A stretch of 64,000 nt of DNA from the human T2T-CHM13v2.0 reference genome, Homo sapiens. Made by a program: the position numbers and the translations under genes. Position 1 is the first letter of the stretch. The number at the start of each line of letters is the position of its first letter. Shown in pieces: positions 58,085 through 64,000 of the stretch. The notes below the pieces were generated by a model. It was not told where the DNA came from, did not search any database, and saw nothing but the letters and a program-made list of their open reading frames with translations. The stretch lies in the NCBI RefSeq assembly GCF_009914755.1, contig NC_060935.1. One strand, given 5' to 3'.

Positions 58085-58314
58085 TATTAAATCTGGAATA
58101 ATTTATCTTCAGTTTTAATACAATAAATAAATATAAAAAACAAGAAACTTATTCATTCTCAAGTTCTAGTCTAAAGTAACTTTCAGAAAAATATAGTGGA
58201 CATGTACTTTAATATATTATTTTAACATAACTTATTTTATGAAGATAACATTAATTCATTACATATTTGTCACTCTGGCTAGAATGTTGCTTCAGACAAA
58301 AATGCAAGGCCAAA

Positions 58315-61045
<2,731 letters not shown>

Positions 61046-61499
61046 CAAATAATAATTAAAATCAATTAAAAATCTGACTCATATATTTAACTTGTGCTAT
61101 TCTAAACTTCATCATAGCTTTGCACTAATTTGAGTATATGCTAAATGCTCACACTGAATAAGTGGATTAGATTCCAATAAAAAGATTAATAAGGGCTTCC
61201 CATTCACTCAGATTAATGTTCATGAAAAACAATGGAAATTAAATATAAGGAAGGCATCACATCTTGTAACTTACCAGCAAGCCCAGGGTAAAATGCAGTA
61301 TCATTGACTATTAAAGTAATAAATCAATATACAATTAAGCTATACAACAGTAGAAATGTAAAAAAAGAAACAAAAAACCTATGATTTTTATTCTTATGAT
61401 GTATATTTTGGGTACAATGTTTTATTTACTTTTAATTTTTGCAACTGTCTCAAGAGGAATATAAGATTATGTTCAGGTACAAAACTTTTTATTTTTTAA

Positions 61500-61710
61500 A
61501 ACCAATAGTTATAATGCTATCATGTACAAGGCACTATTTATGCACTTCATAAATATGAATTTAATCTTACTGCAACCTTCTATGTAGATATGATTGTCAC
61601 CCACTTCTTGCAGATGGAATCTGAAGCAAAGGGAAAAAAATTTGCTCAAGCTTTCACCATTTTAAGTGGTGGAGCAAGAATTCAAATCTAGTCATCCTGG
61701 CTTTAAAGTA
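61500..61710 (-). mobile_element. MIR
   Basis: ggcactattt...ttaatcttactgcaacc...gcagatggaatctgaagc...gtggtggagcaagaattcaaatctag. Confidence 0.6.
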
Positions 61711-63773
61711 GGTATCAGAGTGGTGAAGACATTAACTAAGGACAAGCAGTTAATAATTTAAAAGAAAGAAATATTAATATGAGGTCTGTTTGTAATATTG
61801 CCCTCAGACTCAGTCAAGAAAGTCCCGTGTCCTGACTTCCAAATTTCACATGGTTCTCTTATGGCCCTGCTTCTGTTGTATTCTTCTCCATGGAGAAATA
61901 AATGCATAGAGTAAAGGGCACATTTCACCTAGGAGCTGTTCCCAAACCTCCGGGAGCCCCCACACCGGTACTCAAACCTACACGGTTCTGCACACAAGGT
62001 TCATACCTGCTTATATAGTCGGCTCAAGCCTCTTCCCCAGCTCCCAAAAGTTGATCACACCTACAGTGTGCAAAACCTTAGGGCCAAGGAATTACCAAAG
62101 CTGGTTTTTGAGGGTATGCAAATTGAGCTTGGATATTCAAACTGAAAGACTTACAAATGTCCTCTTTAGGCCATTCCTGGTCAGTATGGAACAGACAACT
62201 AGGAAGAAATGGATGGGCCATGGCTTAGAGGCCTGCAATCAAGTCTTGTGTTTTTTACCATGTCCCTGGGAAGAACACTATGGTTTCCAAGACTCAAAAT
62301 TACAACACAGGTCATTATGAAGACATTTGTCATGGTAGAAGGAAAGACAACATTTTATTTATTGTCTTTTCTTGCCCTGTACTTGGAAATATTGGGGGGT
62401 CGTCATTTTTGAAAAATACATTCCTATCCCTTATGATATACTATTTCTATAAATATAGTATAAAAGTATACGGATGAAAATAACAGAACACCCAATTTTA
62501 GTATTAATATAGTTGAGGAAATAAATGCTTTACCTTATCCCCTCAACTATATTTTACTGGACAGGTATTTCATGAGTTAATGTCACGCAAGAGAGTCTCA
62601 AAGCTGAGAATGGAGATGCAAGCTCATGATCAAAGAATAATGAGGTAACCCTTGAGTCATTTAGCCGGTAGTGCATTTAAAAACAGTACACCTAACTGTA
62701 ATCGACTTCAGGTTTCTCAGCCTTTCTTCAGCTACTACCATTGTCTCAAACCTTTTGTTAAATGTAAGGAAACACATTGATACAAGTTTCTTTGGAAGTT
62801 TTTAATTATTGATTTTGAAACTTTTCCTTCTGAAATACCCTCCATATATTTTTGGGTTTCATTATATTTTTATAAAAGGAAGCAAAAGTTTTTCTAGTGA
62901 TGCCAGCAGGTTAGAAATTTCTCTTATACTATGTCTCACAGTGAAGAAACAATATAACGATTGATCCAAAAATGCTTCCAACTTCAAAATAAGCATAACT
63001 GTTAAAAAATCAATATTATATTAGTTTTTATGTTAGCAGACAGATGCGAAGACTAGAAAACAAATATACTATACTAAGACTAACCTGAAAAAATAAGAAG
63101 ATGCAGTCATAAAAAAATCATAATTTCTTACCAAAAGGAGAACTTACAATACAAAAATAATTATTTTTTAATTAAAAGTTAAAATACTTCCATTTTAAAC
63201 ATTGAGTTTCAAAAATCGTAGTCATGCATGAGTATAAACAATGTACTACTCTACAGATCCAACTAGAAGATGAATGCTGTACGCCACGGGAAGAGGAAAA
63301 GCTAATACAGAAAAAAATTAGCAGCCTTTTATATTCCATTAAAAGCTCTGCTATGTGATAATTTATGATAGCTTTTTTCTTTGAAAATCATTATTTTATA
63401 ACAGTGAAATGGAAGCACTTGTCATATCTAGCTAAGTCTCTTAAAAACATCCCAGTCATATAGGGAGAAGCCAAACTGGAATGCTTAATTAGAATTCAAC
63501 TTTTTGTGACTTTTAAGTGTGCTTTTCAGCAGGTTGCTATTACAAGGTTCAGTTCAGCTGTCTAGTTAGAGACCACTGCGCTGACATACAAGGACACCTG
63601 TCTTCCTAAATCTCAATCTTTGCAGCTCATCCTTTCTAGCAGGTCAGAAGATATTTAATTTATGATATATCTCCTCAACTCTCTGTTTTTTATCAAAAAC
63701 AGGCAATGAATATTTATTGCCATTTGGCACTGCAAACAAAAAAAGAAGTAGAAAATCAACAAAACTGTTGATT

Positions 63774-63824
63774 AACAATAAATTTCTGTAGGGGAAAGGA
63801 AACAATAAATTTCTGTAGGGGAAA
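63774..63824. repeat. 24-bp direct repeat aacaataaatttctgtaggggaaa (two copies, 3-nt spacer)
   Basis: Copies at 63774-63797 and 63801-63824 are identical. Confidence 0.9.
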
Positions 63825-64000
63825 CACAGTCTATCACTTCATGGCATGCACATACAGTCCCCAGAATGAGGATGTTTAGACAAACAGAAGATTATCTGCA
63901 TGTTTCAGTTTTATGTCAAGTAAAAGACAAAAGAGAACAACTTACGTGGGCCATATTTGGTTATTCAAAGAAACACTTAGGAAAACAGAGGGTTGTAGAA

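Overview
Human (hominid) AT-rich genomic DNA dominated by transposable elements. I could not support any host protein-coding exon, tRNA, rRNA or CRISPR array. The centrepiece is a full-length L1HS retrotransposon (24403-30441, + strand) with a 13-bp target-site duplication (TSD) and the diagnostic bases of the youngest Ta-1d group. It has an intact 5'UTR promoter, intact ORF1 (338 aa) and intact antisense ORF0 (71 aa). Its ORF2 is split by a 4-bp deletion into a 1074-aa EN+RT frame and a 200-aa C-terminal (CCHC) frame that overlap as ATGA. The rest is a layered TE fossil record: older L1s (L1PA3-like, L1PB, L1MA, L1MC/D, L1ME), 12 Alus, MIR/L2, a MaLR LTR-int-LTR, solo LTRs (HERV-W LTR17, MLT2A2, THE1B, MER48-like, MER21-like), an ERV-L integrase relic and DNA-transposon fossils (MER1B, MER5A, MER58A, Arthur1, MADE1). 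There are also several template-switch/repair-like scars and one pre-miRNA-sized hairpin in apparently unique DNA. I found no convincing new multi-gene system; the best leads are the split ORF2, the nested twin-primed L1 and the hairpin. Subfamily names of old elements come from recalled consensus sequences and need Dfam/RepeatMasker confirmation.
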